Shown here: in pieces, positions 49,380 through 62,481 of the stretch
Layout: each line of letters starts with the position of its first letter
Numbering within the stretch: the stretch's first letter is position 1
Assembly: GCA_002699445.1 (NCBI GenBank)
Contig: PAAU01000084.1
Span: 5,324-69,323 of the forward strand
Origin: Micrococcales bacterium
GTDB taxonomy: Bacteria > Actinomycetota > Actinomycetes > S36-B12 > GCA-2699445
Direction: 5' to 3'
Length of the DNA: 64,000 nucleotides
Notes under the pieces: generated by a model
What the model was told of the DNA's origin: nothing
What the model saw: the letters and a program-made list of their open reading frames with translations, nothing else
Databases searched by the model: none
Made by a program: the position numbers and the translations under genes

Positions 49380-49718
49380 TTAGAACGGATCGTTGCGTAA
49401 TTCTTCCAGCGCCTCGCCAATGATGGCGTCGGCATCTGAATCACTGCGACGTTCCTTGACGTAGGCGAGATGAGTCTTGTAGGGCTCAATCTTCGGTGGC
49501 GCGGGAGGATTAGCTCGATCCTGACCTGCTGGCCAACCGCAGCGGGGGCAGTCCATATTTGCCGGGACGTTTGCGCCCTCGAGAAAACTGGGGGTCGACT
49601 CATGATCGTTGGCACACCAAAACGAAACCAGCATTCGAGGAGCAGCTTCGCCCCGCTCGGCTTCACCCATCGGGCCGGCCCCTATTCGACTCCCCCGAAT
49701 CGCCTGTCCACCTGACAC
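49380..49718 (-). CDS. rbpA: RNA polymerase-binding protein RbpA
   Basis: 'AIRGSRIGAG' N-terminus, central Cys-containing beta core ('FWCANDHE...CPRCGW') and C-terminal 'YKTHLAYVKERRS' sigma-interaction region. GTG at 49718 is preceded by AAGGGA. Confidence 0.8.
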   Translation of the reverse strand: MSGGQAIRGSRIGAGPMGEAERGEAAPRMLVSFWCANDHESTPSFLEGANVPANMDCPRCGWPAGQDRANPPAPPKIEPYKTHLAYVKERRSDSDADAIIGEALEELRNDPF

Positions 49719-49795
49719 GAGAATGTCCCTTCGTTGATGTCCTGGCGGGCACCCACCAAGACTCCTGCTCATCACACGAGAAAAAGTTGCACGAC

Positions 49796-49821
49796 TACTA
49801 CCGAACGCGAATTCGGTAGTA
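49796..49821 (-). terminator. candidate terminator hairpin downstream of secG
   Basis: 10-bp perfect stem tactaccgaa / ttcggtagta with a 6-nt loop, 64 nt after the secG stop. On the minus strand a T5 run follows only after 10 nt, so it may be weak. Confidence 0.35.
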
Positions 49822-49884
49822 CGACCTTAGGCAGATGAGAGTGATCTTCGCAGGACTTCAGCCCGGCGGGTCGCGATGAGTGGA

Positions 49885-50121
49885 TCAACCACCTGAGCTG
49901 ACGATCAAACCCAGCCCAATGATTGAGGCCGCCCAAAGAATAGCCAGCGCTACGGTAATACGGTCAAGATTCTTCTCCGCGACTGAAGATCCGCCTAAGT
50001 TGCTACTGATGCCGCCGCCGAACATATCCGACAGACCGCCACCTTTGCCCTTGTGCAGGAGGATCAACGCGATAAGCAACATGCTGCTGACAACCAGCAA
50101 TACTTGCAGAACTCCGGTCAT
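49885..50121 (-). CDS. secG: preprotein translocase subunit SecG
   Basis: 78 aa with two TM helices flanking 'LLHKGKGGGLSDMFGGG'. Confidence 0.85.
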   Translation of the reverse strand: MTGVLQVLLVVSSMLLIALILLHKGKGGGLSDMFGGGISSNLGGSSVAEKNLDRITVALAILWAASIIGLGLIVSSGG

Positions 50122-50174
50122 CCGATCCTCCTCAAACCATGTGGCCGCGGGCAGCCTCTAGAGTAACTCATCTC

Positions 50175-50960
50175 TCAGATCGCTGGATGTTGCGGGAACT
50201 TGCAGATCGTAGCGAACTCATCCGGATCGAGACTAGCGCCACCCACCAGGCCACCATCGATGTCAGGCATAGCCATGATTCCTGCGACATTGGCCGATTT
50301 CATCGAGCCTCCATAGAGGATCCGAGCCGAGTTGGCGGCTTCGCCACCATGCTCACTACGCAAGAAGTCACGAATGGCCCCGCATACTTCTTGGGCATCC
50401 TCAGGCGTTGCTACTTCGCCCGTCCCGATCGCCCACACTGGCTCATATGCAAGCGTGAGCTTGTCGCCAAGTTCCTCGACCAGCCCCGCAACGCTGCCCG
50501 CGACCTGAGCGAGGGTGTACGCCACCGCCTGTCCCTCTTTCCGGACTGGAAGCGGCTCGCCCACGCAGATGACCGGAGTAACCGAGTTATCCATAGCCAT
50601 CCGGGCCTTGGCATTGACGAGTTCATCCGACTCATCGAAATATTGCCGACGCTCGGAATGGCCGACACAGCTATAGCGGCAACCCAGCTTGGCCAGCATG
50701 CTGGCAGACACCTCACCGGTGTATGCCCCGGACGCATGCTGAGAGACGTCCTGAGCCCCGTACCCCAATCGATAATTCTCGCCATCGATCAGCGTTTGCA
50801 CCGATCGGATGTCTGTGTACGGTGGCAGCACCACGACTTCGACCTCGTCCAGGTCTTTGTCCGACAAGGAGAACGCCAGTTTTTGAACCAGCGCGATAGC
50901 CTCCAGATGGTTGAGATTCATTTTCCAGTTGCCCATCATTACGGGCTTACGATCTGCCAT
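50175..50960 (-). CDS. tpiA: triosephosphate isomerase
   Basis: 'GNWKMN', 'CVGHSERR' and 'AYEPVWAIGTG'. Confidence 0.95.
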   Translation of the reverse strand: MADRKPVMMGNWKMNLNHLEAIALVQKLAFSLSDKDLDEVEVVVLPPYTDIRSVQTLIDGENYRLGYGAQDVSQHASGAYTGEVSASMLAKLGCRYSCVGHSERRQYFDESDELVNAKARMAMDNSVTPVICVGEPLPVRKEGQAVAYTLAQVAGSVAGLVEELGDKLTLAYEPVWAIGTGEVATPEDAQEVCGAIRDFLRSEHGGEAANSARILYGGSMKSANVAGIMAMPDIDGGLVGGASLDPDEFATICKFPQHPAI

Positions 50961-52150
50961 CAGTGATCCTCCAACACGGCCAATCCAGGAAGTAGCTTTC
51001 CCTCTAGGAACTCCAAACTAGCGCCACCGCCGGTACTAACGTGAGAGTACCGATCGTCAGCTATATCGAATGCTCTGATTGCCGCGGCACTGTCACCGCC
51101 ACCGATCACGGTAAAACTAGTTGTGTCTGCCAAGGCTTCAGCAACGGCTCGGGTACCAATAGAAAATGCCGGCATCTCAAAGACGCCCATCGGGCCGTTC
51201 CAGACCACGGTGCGAGCATCCGCCAACTTCTCGGTGAAAAGTTCGACTGTTCGTGGCCCGATGTCCATCCCCATCCAGCCCGCTTCGATGGAATCAGCGG
51301 CCACCGTCGCATATTCGGAATCCGGAGAAAATTCACGCGCAACCACAATGTCGACCGGTAATACGACCTCAACACCACGATCGGCTGCGTCTGCCAGAAC
51401 TTGGCGGACCGTTTCAACTTGATCGGCCTCCAAGAGCGAGTCCCCCACCGGGTGCCCTGCAGCCGCGAGAAACGTGAAGCACATCCCCCCACCCACGAGA
51501 ATACGATCGACTCGGGACAGTAGGTTTCCGATGACTCCCAACTTGTCGCTCACCTTGGCTCCGCCCAAAACCACCCCGTACGGTCGTTTCGGGTCGGTGA
51601 TCAGTCGATCAAATACCTGAGACTCGGATGCCACCAACCGTCCAGCCGCATTGGGAAGCAGTTGAGCCACGTCAGTGACACTGGCTTGTTCCCGGTGCAC
51701 CACACCAAAACCATCGCTCACATAGAGATCGGCAAGCGATGCCAGCTCGTTCGCTAACAGGCGCCGCTGTGCCGGATCCTTACTCGTTTCACGTGAATCA
51801 AACCGTACGTTTTCCAATAGCAGGATTTCACCGTCACCGAGCTCAGCGACGGCAGACTGCGCCCTCATCCCGGTAAGTTCCGAAGAAAACTGAACTGGAC
51901 GTTCCAAGAGCTCGGACAAACGAGCGGCCACCGGTGCAAGCGAAAGTTCCGGCGCGACTTGTCCTTTAGGGCGGCCGAGGTGAGCCACGACTACAACCCG
52001 TGCCCCACGATCCGTCAACGCGGTCAGGGTGGGAAGGCAGGCACGGATACGGCCATCATCGGATATCTCGCCATCGGCCATCGGCACGTTCAAATCCGCC
52101 CGGACAAGAACCGTTCGACCAAAGACATCGAGGTCATCGATGCTGCGCAT
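50960..52150 (-). CDS. pgk: phosphoglycerate kinase
   Basis: 'VRADLNVP' and 'GGGDSAAA'. ATG at 52150 is preceded by GGAGG. The ORF-track start at 52162 is TTG. Confidence 0.95.
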   Translation of the reverse strand: MRSIDDLDVFGRTVLVRADLNVPMADGEISDDGRIRACLPTLTALTDRGARVVVVAHLGRPKGQVAPELSLAPVAARLSELLERPVQFSSELTGMRAQSAVAELGDGEILLLENVRFDSRETSKDPAQRRLLANELASLADLYVSDGFGVVHREQASVTDVAQLLPNAAGRLVASESQVFDRLITDPKRPYGVVLGGAKVSDKLGVIGNLLSRVDRILVGGGMCFTFLAAAGHPVGDSLLEADQVETVRQVLADAADRGVEVVLPVDIVVAREFSPDSEYATVAADSIEAGWMGMDIGPRTVELFTEKLADARTVVWNGPMGVFEMPAFSIGTRAVAEALADTTSFTVIGGGDSAAAIRAFDIADDRYSHVSTGGGASLEFLEGKLLPGLAVLEDH

Positions 52151-52162
52151 GAGCGCCTCCAA

Positions 52163-54272
<2,110 letters not shown>

Positions 54273-54282
<10 letters not shown>

Positions 54283-55265
54283 GGGGGAATCCTGCCACGC
54301 CCGGAAATTTCAGCGAACGCCGCCGCCAGTAGATCGGGGTCATGTACTCCTGGACCGCTGCCTACCGAGGAGACCGGCCGCAGCATTAGCTCGGCTCCCA
54401 GTAGGTCCTCACACACACCTGACAACTCGGTCGCGTTCTTCACGGATCGGTGGTCGGCAACAACTGCATCAATAGGGAAATCGCCAAATTGATCTATCAG
54501 CACCTGCAGGTATCGCTCGGGGGTAAACCCGGTCGTTTCACCCCGCTGCGCCACTAGATTCAGGACTAATACCCGTTTGGCCGAGCTTCGCTGGACCGCA
54601 GTTCGCAGTTCCGGTACCAGTAATGGAGCGATCACTGAGGTGTACCAAGAGCCCGGACCAAGAACGATCACATCGGCGTCATCGAGGGCATCAACGGCCT
54701 CGGGACAAGCCGCTGGATCGGTTGGCTCTACCCGAATGCGCTGCACGCGGCCGGACGTCTTAGCGACCGCAACCTGACCGTGGACCGTCGCGATCTCGTC
54801 AGGCTTGGATGGTTCATGTCCTTCGATGTCCGCCACAATTTCCAACGGAGTGAGCGCGACCGGCAACACTCGCCCCTGAGCATCAAGCAGAGAAGCCACC
54901 CAATCCAAACCTGCAACCACATCACCGGTTTCATCCCATAGCGCGGCAATCAGCAAGTTACCGAGGGCGTGGCCATCCAACTCTCCGGAGCCGTGGAATC
55001 GGTGTTGGACGACCCGACTCCACGTCCGCCCCCACGTGTCATCGCCACAGAGAGCAGCCAGTGCCATGCGCAGATCGCCTGGCGGCAAGAGCCCAAACTC
55101 GTGGCGAAGCCTTCCGGAGGAGCCGCCATCATCAGCGACACCTACTACCGCTGTGATGCTGTCAGAGACCCGGCGCATGGCTCGTAAGGTGCCGGCTAAT
55201 CCATGCCCGCCACCGATACATGTGACTCGGGGACCATGCGAACCGGGCGACCTGCGCCGACTCAT
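54273..55265 (-). CDS. yvcK: YvcK/CofD-family gluconeogenesis/cell-shape factor
   Basis: 'CIGGGHGL' and '[19 protein letters not shown]'. ATG at 55265 overlaps the rapZ stop (ATGA). Confidence 0.88.
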
Positions 55266-56146
55266 TCCCGCCCCAGATCGCGATGAGTCACGATGGTCTC
55301 GACACCGGATTTCACTAAACGGGTACTCAAATTTTCCGCCAAGGCCACCGAGCGATGTTTGCCACCGGTACAACCAATCGCGATCGTGATGTAGCGCTTG
55401 CCTTCCCGCAGAAACCCGTCCGACACCAAGTCAAGCATTTTCGTGACTCCGTCAAGAAAGTCGCGAGCCTCTGGGCGCGCGACCACATAGTCATTCACCG
55501 GAGCTTCCAGGCCAGATCGCTCTCGCAACTCTGCTTCCCAATATGGGTTGGGCAAGAATCGCGCATCCAACACCACATCGGCGTCTACGGGTATGCCGTA
55601 CTTGAAGCCAAAGGACATGACATTCGCACGTAACTGGATTTTGTCCTCGTCCGGGAAAGCGGCCTCGACTCGACGCCGCAAGTCGTGCACGTTCAATCTG
55701 GTTGTGTCGATAACTAGGTCGGCTTCGGCCCGCAGGTCCCTTAGCAACAGCCGCTCGTTTTCAATACCGTCCAGGATTCGTCGGTCCGCTTGCAAGGGAT
55801 GCGGTCGCCGGCTGCTCTCAAAACGTCGGACGAGAGACTCGTCGCTGGCCTCAAGAAAGAGAACTCGGACATCGGCGCCCTCTTCCCTTAACCGTGTCAA
55901 AGCGTCAGCCAAGGCTTCGAAGACATCGCCACCGCGAGCGTCGACTACAACAGCCAACCCAGTTAGCGTTGCGTCTCGAGGTGCCGCAGCCACCGCATCG
56001 TGCAGTAATCGTGGCGGAAGATTGTCAATGACAAACCAACCCAGGTCTTCCAACGCTCGCGCTGCGGTCGACTTCCCTGCACCCGACATACCGGTGACAA
56101 CTACAACTTCGGGCCAGTCATCGCTGCGGTTAGTGGTCTCAATCAT
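55262..56146 (-). CDS. rapZ: RNase adapter / nucleotide-binding protein RapZ
   Basis: P-loop 'VTGMSGAGKSTA' and C-terminal 'GCTGGKHRSV'. ATG at 56146 is preceded by GGAG. Confidence 0.9.
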   Translation of the reverse strand: MIETTNRSDDWPEVVVVTGMSGAGKSTAARALEDLGWFVIDNLPPRLLHDAVAAAPRDATLTGLAVVVDARGGDVFEALADALTRLREEGADVRVLFLEASDESLVRRFESSRRPHPLQADRRILDGIENERLLLRDLRAEADLVIDTTRLNVHDLRRRVEAAFPDEDKIQLRANVMSFGFKYGIPVDADVVLDARFLPNPYWEAELRERSGLEAPVNDYVVARPEARDFLDGVTKMLDLVSDGFLREGKRYITIAIGCTGGKHRSVALAENLSTRLVKSGVETIVTHRDLGRE

Positions 56147-58127
56147 CGAGTTCTCCAACGTCAGCAGTTATTTCCCCCGTGCTCACATTAGCGACCCGAT
56201 CTGAGTTGTCGCTTTTCGTCTGGAGATGCTGGGCCACAGCGTCCGCCAGGACCGGGCCGATACCAGGCACTTCGCTGAGCTCTTCGGCTGAGGCAGCGCG
56301 AATCCGCTTCACGGAGCCCAGTCGTCGCAACAGCGCCTTCCGTTTAGCCGGCCCCAGCCCCGGGATGCCATCCAAGGCACTGGCGCGCGTTCGAGCAGCA
56401 CGCTTCTTTCGATGGCCCGCGATCGCGAATCGATGTGCCTCATCTCGTAAGCGCTGGAGCAGATAAAGGGCTTCACTAGAACGAGACAGAATGATGGGCT
56501 CGCTGCCGCCCGGTAACCAGATCTCCTCGAGGCGTTTAGCCAGTCCGCATACCGCTATGTCATCGATTCCCAGGTCATCCAGGGCCTGTTGAGCAGCACT
56601 TGCTTGAGCCGCTGCCCCATCCACCACTAGTAGCTGCGGCGGGTAAGAGAAGCTACGACGCTTAGTAGGTGCCGTCGGCGTATCGCCAAGTTCCAGCTCA
56701 ACATCGCTGGCCTCGGCACGTTCGCTCAAATAACGCCGAAACCTACGTCCAACAACTTCGGTCATGGCACCGGTATCCGATCCGGCGTTTTCTGGACTCA
56801 CGGTAAATCGGCGGTAGTCGGAAGTTCGAGGTAGCCCGTCTTCGAAAACGACCATCGAGCCAACGGTATCCTGACCCTGCAACGTCGATATGTCGTAGCC
56901 TTCGACCCGCAACGGGGCAGATGGCAAGTCGAGAGCTTGTTGCAGTTCTTCCAGAGCCTTGGCTCGAACAGTGAGATCGCCGACCCGCTTCCGCTTATGA
57001 AGCATCAATGCCTGATCCGCGTTCTTTGCCACTGTCTCCATCAGCGCTCGCTTGGCTCCGCGGCGAGGTTGACGAATCTCGACATTAGCTGCACGCCGCT
57101 CCCCCAACCACCGCGCGACCGCGTCCTGCTCTGAGGGTAGGTGAGATACGAGAACCTCAGCGGGTATATCCACGTCGACTGCGTCACCGTACAAGCGCAA
57201 GAGTGCCTGCTCCATCAGCTCCTCATCAGACAGGTTGAGCGATCGCTCGAGAATCATTCCGCGCTGCCCAGTTATTCGCCCGCCTCTGACATGAAAAACC
57301 TGCACTGCACCTTGTAGTTCGTCACCAGTCATGGCAAGCAGATCTGCCCGGGTACGATCTGGGAGCACTACGGCATTCCGCTCCAACGCTTTGCGAAGCG
57401 CGAATAAGTCATCTCTTAACCGCGCGGCTGTCTCGAAGTCCTCATCCGAGGCAGCAGTTCGCATCCGTTCTTCTATGTCTTTCATCAGTGGTTCGGCATC
57501 TCCCGCGAGAAAAGCGCAGAAGCCATCAACTATTTCGCGGTGTTCTTCCGCAGTGACCCGCCCGACACATGGTGCGCTGCATTTACCGATATATCCCAGT
57601 AGGCATGGACGACCAGATGCGGCGGCACGGCGAAAAACACCTTTGCTACACGTTCGTGCCGGGAAAACCCGCAACAACTGATCTACGGTTTCCCGGATTG
57701 CCCACGCATGCGAATACGGACCGAAATAACGCACACCTTTTCGTTTAGCTCCTCGCATAACCGTCACTCGAGGAAATTCCTCTGCCGTGGTGATGGCAAG
57801 AAAGGGATAGGACTTATCGTCGGTGTACTTCACGTTGAACCGCGGTTCAAACTCCTTAATCCAAGTGTATTCAAGTTGAAGTGCCTCAACTTCGGTACCA
57901 ACCACTGTCCAGTCAACATCAGACGCAGCGGCCACCATCGCTGCTGTCCTAGGGTGCAGGCCCACGGGGTCAGCGAAGTAACTGTTGAGTCGGGAGCGCA
58001 GGTTTCGAGCTTTGCCCACGTAGAGGACTCGACGGTCTTTGTCCAAGAACCGGTAGACCCCCGGATCTTCGGGGACGGTACCAACTTCTGGCCGAAAGTC
58101 GGGCATATTTGTTCGACTGGCCCGCAT
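56139..58127 (-). CDS. uvrC: excinuclease ABC subunit C
   Basis: GIY-YIG 'GVYRFLDKDRRVLYVGKA', a UVR domain, an endonuclease V-like domain and a C-terminal (HhH)2. Alternative ATG at 58106. Confidence 0.95.
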   Translation of the reverse strand: MRASRTNMPDFRPEVGTVPEDPGVYRFLDKDRRVLYVGKARNLRSRLNSYFADPVGLHPRTAAMVAAASDVDWTVVGTEVEALQLEYTWIKEFEPRFNVKYTDDKSYPFLAITTAEEFPRVTVMRGAKRKGVRYFGPYSHAWAIRETVDQLLRVFPARTCSKGVFRRAAASGRPCLLGYIGKCSAPCVGRVTAEEHREIVDGFCAFLAGDAEPLMKDIEERMRTAASDEDFETAARLRDDLFALRKALERNAVVLPDRTRADLLAMTGDELQGAVQVFHVRGGRITGQRGMILERSLNLSDEELMEQALLRLYGDAVDVDIPAEVLVSHLPSEQDAVARWLGERRAANVEIRQPRRGAKRALMETVAKNADQALMLHKRKRVGDLTVRAKALEELQQALDLPSAPLRVEGYDISTLQGQDTVGSMVVFEDGLPRTSDYRRFTVSPENAGSDTGAMTEVVGRRFRRYLSERAEASDVELELGDTPTAPTKRRSFSYPPQLLVVDGAAAQASAAQQALDDLGIDDIAVCGLAKRLEEIWLPGGSEPIILSRSSEALYLLQRLRDEAHRFAIAGHRKKRAARTRASALDGIPGLGPAKRKALLRRLGSVKRIRAASAEELSEVPGIGPVLADAVAQHLQTKSDNSDRVANVSTGEITADVGELDD

Positions 58128-58231
58128 ATCTACAGCCTAACCGCAGTCATTTCCCCAGCAAACAATAGGCGTGACTAAGATCACGGCGACACGCCTTCCC
58201 CGAATACACGTAAACGAGGACCCTCTCGTCT

Positions 58232-58867
58232 ATGCGTGCAAAAAGGCAAGGAGCCCGTTTCGCCATAACCATGACGGCTGCCGCGCTCTCGGCAAGCACC
58301 ATGGTGGGGGGCGCTGCGACGTCGGCATCAGCCGCCAGCAAGGCTGAACGGCAACAGTGGGCTCAGACCCGCGTGTACGTACAAGGAGACTCGCTTACCG
58401 TCGGCACGACTGGGCCACTTTCAGCCAAGATTGGTGGCAAGGTGAGCAAACTGCACGTGGATGCCCAAATCGGTCGGCACACGGCAACGGGTATGGCTCG
58501 ACTAGCCAAGGATCCTCGTGCCCGTCGCTCTCATGTGTGGGTCGTGGCTTTAGGCACCAATGACGCGCCCAATCCGACGGCTATTCGAAACCACGTAAAG
58601 CGATCGCTGCGACTCGCAGGTAAAAATCGCCAGGTTGTGTGGCTGACGCTACGTCGTCCGGGCGGTTACGAGCGGGTCAACACAATGCTGCGCGACCTGG
58701 AACGGTCGCGTAACCGACTCCACGTTGTCGATTGGGCAAGCAGGACTAACCAGCAGCGTCACCTGATCACCGGAGACGGGGTGCACGCGACCCACGGCGG
58801 CTATCAAGTACGCGCTGAGATGATTGCTCAAAAGACGCTGCATGTTGCCAGCCAGCGTCGCCGCTGA
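58232..58867 (+). CDS. secreted SGNH/GDSL-like hydrolase
   Basis: Signal peptide 'AITMTAAALSASTMVGGAATSASA'. Block I 'VQGDSLTVG', block III 'ALGTNDA' and block V 'GDGVHAT'. Confidence 0.7.
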   Translation: MRAKRQGARFAITMTAAALSASTMVGGAATSASAASKAERQQWAQTRVYVQGDSLTVGTTGPLSAKIGGKVSKLHVDAQIGRHTATGMARLAKDPRARRSHVWVVALGTNDAPNPTAIRNHVKRSLRLAGKNRQVVWLTLRRPGGYERVNTMLRDLERSRNRLHVVDWASRTNQQRHLITGDGVHATHGGYQVRAEMIAQKTLHVASQRRR

Positions 58868-58886
58868 CTCACGTTCGAGACGCTGC

Positions 58887-59351
58887 TCAGGCCTTGCTCA
58901 TAACTTGATCGTCCTGCACTTCGATCTCTACCGGAGCCAGCCCTGTGGTCGCTGGACCATTGATCAGTTCACCAGTCTCTGAGGAGAACTTGGATCCGTG
59001 ACACGGACAGATGATTTCCTCCACCGTTACTTCCGAGACATTGCAGCTCTGATGCGGGCATACCGACGAGAAAGCCTTGAAGTCCCCTTCAGTTGGCTGG
59101 GTCACCACAACCATCTTGTCTTCAACTACGAGACCGCCGCCCACCGGAATGTTTTCCGTCTTGGCAATAGCAGTCGGACTGCTCGGCACCTCGGTGCTCG
59201 CCATCGTCTCCGGTGAATCCACGCTTGTGCCGTTAGAACCATCCGAGTTGCTACAAGCCGCAAGTACTCCCGCAGCTCCCACGGCGCCGGCCCCGAGAAT
59301 GACGGTGCGGCGGCCTACGGCGGATTCAGTTCTTTCTAGATCTTCCTTCAT
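58887..59351 (-). CDS. Rieske [2Fe-2S] protein with Tat signal and lipobox
   Basis: 'GRRTVILGAGA' twin-arginine motif, 'LAAC' lipobox, and Rieske motifs 'CPHQSC' ... 'CPCHGSKF'. ATG at 59351 is preferred because the longer ORF overlaps uvrA. Confidence 0.75.
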   Translation of the reverse strand: MKEDLERTESAVGRRTVILGAGAVGAAGVLAACSNSDGSNGTSVDSPETMASTEVPSSPTAIAKTENIPVGGGLVVEDKMVVVTQPTEGDFKAFSSVCPHQSCNVSEVTVEEIICPCHGSKFSSETGELINGPATTGLAPVEIEVQDDQVMSKA

Positions 59352-59397
59352 GACCCTAGGTTGCCACGGAATCCAAATAAAACCTACGTGGCCGTCA

Positions 59398-62325
59398 CTA
59401 ATCCTTAGCGAGCAGTGGCACCAAATACTGTCCGGTATACGACTCGGGAACGGCTGATACCTCTTCGGGTGTCCCGGTGGCCACGACCGAGCCGCCCCCG
59501 GAGCCGCCGTCGGGGCCCATATCAATAATCCAATCAGCGGTCTTGATCACATCTAAGTTGTGCTCGATTACGAGAACGCTGTTGCCCTTATCGACCAGTG
59601 ACTGCAGTACGCCGAGGAGTTTTCGGATGTCCTCAAAGTGCAGACCGGTCGTGGGCTCATCGAGCAAGTAGATCGTTCGGCCGGTGGATCGCTTCTGCAG
59701 CTCCGAAGCAAGTTTTACCCGCTGCGCTTCTCCACCGGACAACGTAGTGGCTGGCTGCCCCATCCGGACGTACCCGAGCCCCACTTGAACCAGAGTTCGC
59801 AAGTGACGAGCGATAGCGGGCACTGGCTCAAAGAATTCCAGCGCTTCTTCGATGGGCATATCCAGTACGTCAGCGATAGTTCGGTGCTTGTAATGCACTT
59901 CCAGAGTTTCCCGGTTGTACCTGGCTCCGTGACACACCTCGCACGGAACGTAGACATCGGGCAGAAAGTTCATCTCAATCTTCAGCGTCCCGTCACCCGA
60001 GCACGCCTCACAGCGACCACCCTTAACGTTGAATGAGAAACGACCGGGTAGGTAGCCACGGATCTTAGCTTCTTGCGTCTGAGCAAAAAGCTTGCGGATG
60101 TGATCGAAAACGCCCGTATAGGTTGCGGGGTTCGAACGAGGAGTTCGACCGATGGGGCTCTGGTCCACGTGGACGACTTTGTCGATATGTTCCAGCCCCC
60201 GCACGCGTTTATGCTTGCCCGGGACGGTTCTTGCGGAGTTGATCTCTCGACTCAAGACGGAGAACAGCACGTCATTGACCAAGCTAGATTTTCCGGACCC
60301 GCTGACACCAGTCACGGCCACCAGAGCACCGAGCGGAAAATCTACTGTTACGTCCTGCAAGTTGTGTTCTCGGGCCCCCTCTACTCGCAGAACTCGCTCA
60401 GGATCCACCGGACGTCGCATCTCGGGAACAGCGATGCTGCGCCGCCCGGCAAGATAGTCGCCAGTTACCGAATCTTTGGCGCTGAGTAGATCCGGCACGG
60501 GACCACTCACGACTACCTGGCCGCCGTGCTCCCCGGCTCCTGGACCGATATCGACCACCCAATCGGCGGTTCGGATCGTATCTTCGTCGTGTTCGACAAC
60601 GATCAACGTGTTACCCAAATCCCGTAACCGGACCAAAGTCTCGATCAACCGACGATTGTCGCGCTGGTGTAACCCGATTGAAGGCTCGTCGAGGACATAC
60701 AAGACGCCAACGAGACCGGAACCGATTTGAGTCGCCAGCCTGATTCGCTGCGCTTCTCCTCCCGCCAGAGTGCCAGCCGCTCGATCCAGAGTGAGGTAGT
60801 GCAGACCAACATCGAGAAGGAACCGCAGCCGCTCGTTAATTTCCTTCAATACTCGACCGCCGATAGCGCGATCACGATCCGATAGCTGTAAATCCTGTAA
60901 GACCTCGGCGCCCTCGCCAATGGGCAGGCCTGCGATATCAGCGATGCTGCGATCGTCAATAGTGACGGCCAAGGAAAGCGGCTTGAGTCTCCTGCCACCA
61001 CAAGCCTCGCACGGTACCGGGCGCAAGAAGCCCTCAAATCGATCTCGGGCTGAATCGCTCTCGGCCTCAGCGTAGCGGCGTTGTACGAAGGGAATGGCGC
61101 CCTCCACTTTTGCCTTGAAACTTCGTTGTCGGCCGTAACGGTTCCGGTAACTCACCAGAACCTTTTTTCGATAGCCGTGGAGAACTGCTTTGCGCACCGG
61201 TGCCGGTAAGTCTCGCCAAGGGGTGGCGGTGTCGCCGCCTATTTCCTCGGTCAATGCCCGCATCACTCGCGCGAAGTACTCGGACATATGCCCGGAACTC
61301 CATACCGTGATGGCACCTTCATCCAGGGACAGCGAATCATCCGGGATGATCAGGTCGGGGTCGACCTCCATTTTCGTTCCCAGTCCCGAACATGACGGGC
61401 AGGCGCCAAAGGGTGAGTTGAAGGAAAACGAGCGTGGTTCTAACTCTTCAAAGCTCAGGCCGTCGCGGGGGCAAGCCAAGTGTTCACTGAAGGTACGTTC
61501 CCGACCGGGATCGTCTTCGTCCAGATCCACAAAATCCAAAGTTATGGTGCCACCGGACAGTTCCAGAGCGGTTTCCACTGAGTCGGTTACGCGCTGGCGA
61601 GCGTCTGAACGCACTACGAGCCGATCTACTACCACCTCGATCGTGTGTTTTTCCTGCTTCTTCAACGTTGGCGGATCGGACAGCTGATGCATGACACCAT
61701 CAACTCGAGCTCGGGCGTAACCCTGAGATTGAAGAGTCCGGAACATCTCGGCGTATTCACCTTTTCGCTCCCGGACCAGCGGAGCCAGGACCTGAAATCT
61801 GGTGCGCCCGGGCAAATCTAAGATCTGATCTGTGATCTGCTGTGGCGTCTGACGCTGGATCGGATCGCCACACACCGGACAGTGTGGCTTTCCCACGCGC
61901 GCATAGAGAAGACGCAGATAGTCGTACACCTCGGTAATGGTGCCTACTGTCGAACGAGGATTTCGCGAGGTGGACTTTTGATCGATCGAAACTGCTGGGC
62001 TAAGGCCTTCGATGAAGTCGACGTCTGGCTTGTCCATCTGACCCAAGAACTGCCGGGCGTAGGCAGACAAACTTTCAACGTATCGTCGCTGCCCTTCAGC
62101 GAAAATGGTGTCAAAGGCAAGACTCGATTTTCCCGATCCAGAAAGACCCGTGAAGACGATCAAAGAGTCTCGGGGCAACTCCAGTGAAACGTCCTTTAAG
62201 TTGTGCTCCCGGGCACCTCTGACAACGAGGTTTTCCTTGGAACTATCTCGCTTCGGCTTTCGGCCGGAGCGCGACTTCTGCGCACGCGCCACAGGTAGCC
62301 TCCGGTGCTGGATGTATGTGGTCAC
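59398..62325 (-). CDS. uvrA: excinuclease ABC subunit A
   Basis: Two ABC modules ('[10 protein letters not shown]' and '[10 protein letters not shown]'), zinc-finger Cys clusters and 'LSGGEAQR' twice. GTG start. Confidence 0.96.
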   Translation of the reverse strand: MTTYIQHRRLPVARAQKSRSGRKPKRDSSKENLVVRGAREHNLKDVSLELPRDSLIVFTGLSGSGKSSLAFDTIFAEGQRRYVESLSAYARQFLGQMDKPDVDFIEGLSPAVSIDQKSTSRNPRSTVGTITEVYDYLRLLYARVGKPHCPVCGDPIQRQTPQQITDQILDLPGRTRFQVLAPLVRERKGEYAEMFRTLQSQGYARARVDGVMHQLSDPPTLKKQEKHTIEVVVDRLVVRSDARQRVTDSVETALELSGGTITLDFVDLDEDDPGRERTFSEHLACPRDGLSFEELEPRSFSFNSPFGACPSCSGLGTKMEVDPDLIIPDDSLSLDEGAITVWSSGHMSEYFARVMRALTEEIGGDTATPWRDLPAPVRKAVLHGYRKKVLVSYRNRYGRQRSFKAKVEGAIPFVQRRYAEAESDSARDRFEGFLRPVPCEACGGRRLKPLSLAVTIDDRSIADIAGLPIGEGAEVLQDLQLSDRDRAIGGRVLKEINERLRFLLDVGLHYLTLDRAAGTLAGGEAQRIRLATQIGSGLVGVLYVLDEPSIGLHQRDNRRLIETLVRLRDLGNTLIVVEHDEDTIRTADWVVDIGPGAGEHGGQVVVSGPVPDLLSAKDSVTGDYLAGRRSIAVPEMRRPVDPERVLRVEGAREHNLQDVTVDFPLGALVAVTGVSGSGKSSLVNDVLFSVLSREINSARTVPGKHKRVRGLEHIDKVVHVDQSPIGRTPRSNPATYTGVFDHIRKLFAQTQEAKIRGYLPGRFSFNVKGGRCEACSGDGTLKIEMNFLPDVYVPCEVCHGARYNRETLEVHYKHRTIADVLDMPIEEALEFFEPVPAIARHLRTLVQVGLGYVRMGQPATTLSGGEAQRVKLASELQKRSTGRTIYLLDEPTTGLHFEDIRKLLGVLQSLVDKGNSVLVIEHNLDVIKTADWIIDMGPDGGSGGGSVVATGTPEEVSAVPESYTGQYLVPLLAKD

Positions 62326-62481
62326 TCCAGGGTACTTGTGACAGCCGAAATGGCAGAGCCTGCGGCTCGACGTTCGTTAGCCGCGAAATCCTACAGCCGT
62401 CACTCGGAGCGCTACGGCAAAAATTGCGCAACTAATCCGGTGTCGGCTGGCGGCATTGCTCAGCGCAGCCCACAATGAGGT

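Noticed and set aside
50139-50966. A 275-aa + strand ORF spanning the entire tpiA gene in antisense.
   Set aside because: This is a typical shadow ORF in GC-rich DNA. Its translation has no recognisable motifs and an odd composition. The opposite strand encodes a textbook TpiA (NWKMN, GHSERR, AYEPVWAIGTG) in an operon with pgk and gap.
55548-56204. A 218-aa + strand ORF antisense to rapZ. Similar long antisense ORFs occur at 53861-54475 (whiA), 44284-44928 (tkt) and 6278-6910 (miaA).
   Set aside because: All are Ser/Arg/Thr/Pro-rich low-complexity translations lying opposite strongly supported housekeeping genes. There is no RBS or motif support, so they are most simply explained as GC-driven open frames.
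62326-62481. Possible SOS (LexA) box or RecA-independent (PafBC/RecA-NDp) promoter upstream of uvrA.
   Set aside because: Only partial matches are present. 'cGAACgtcgAGCc' matches half of TCGAAC-N4-GTTCGA. 'TGTCACaa' lacks the GTG extension and has no correctly spaced TAnnnT. This is insufficient to call a site.
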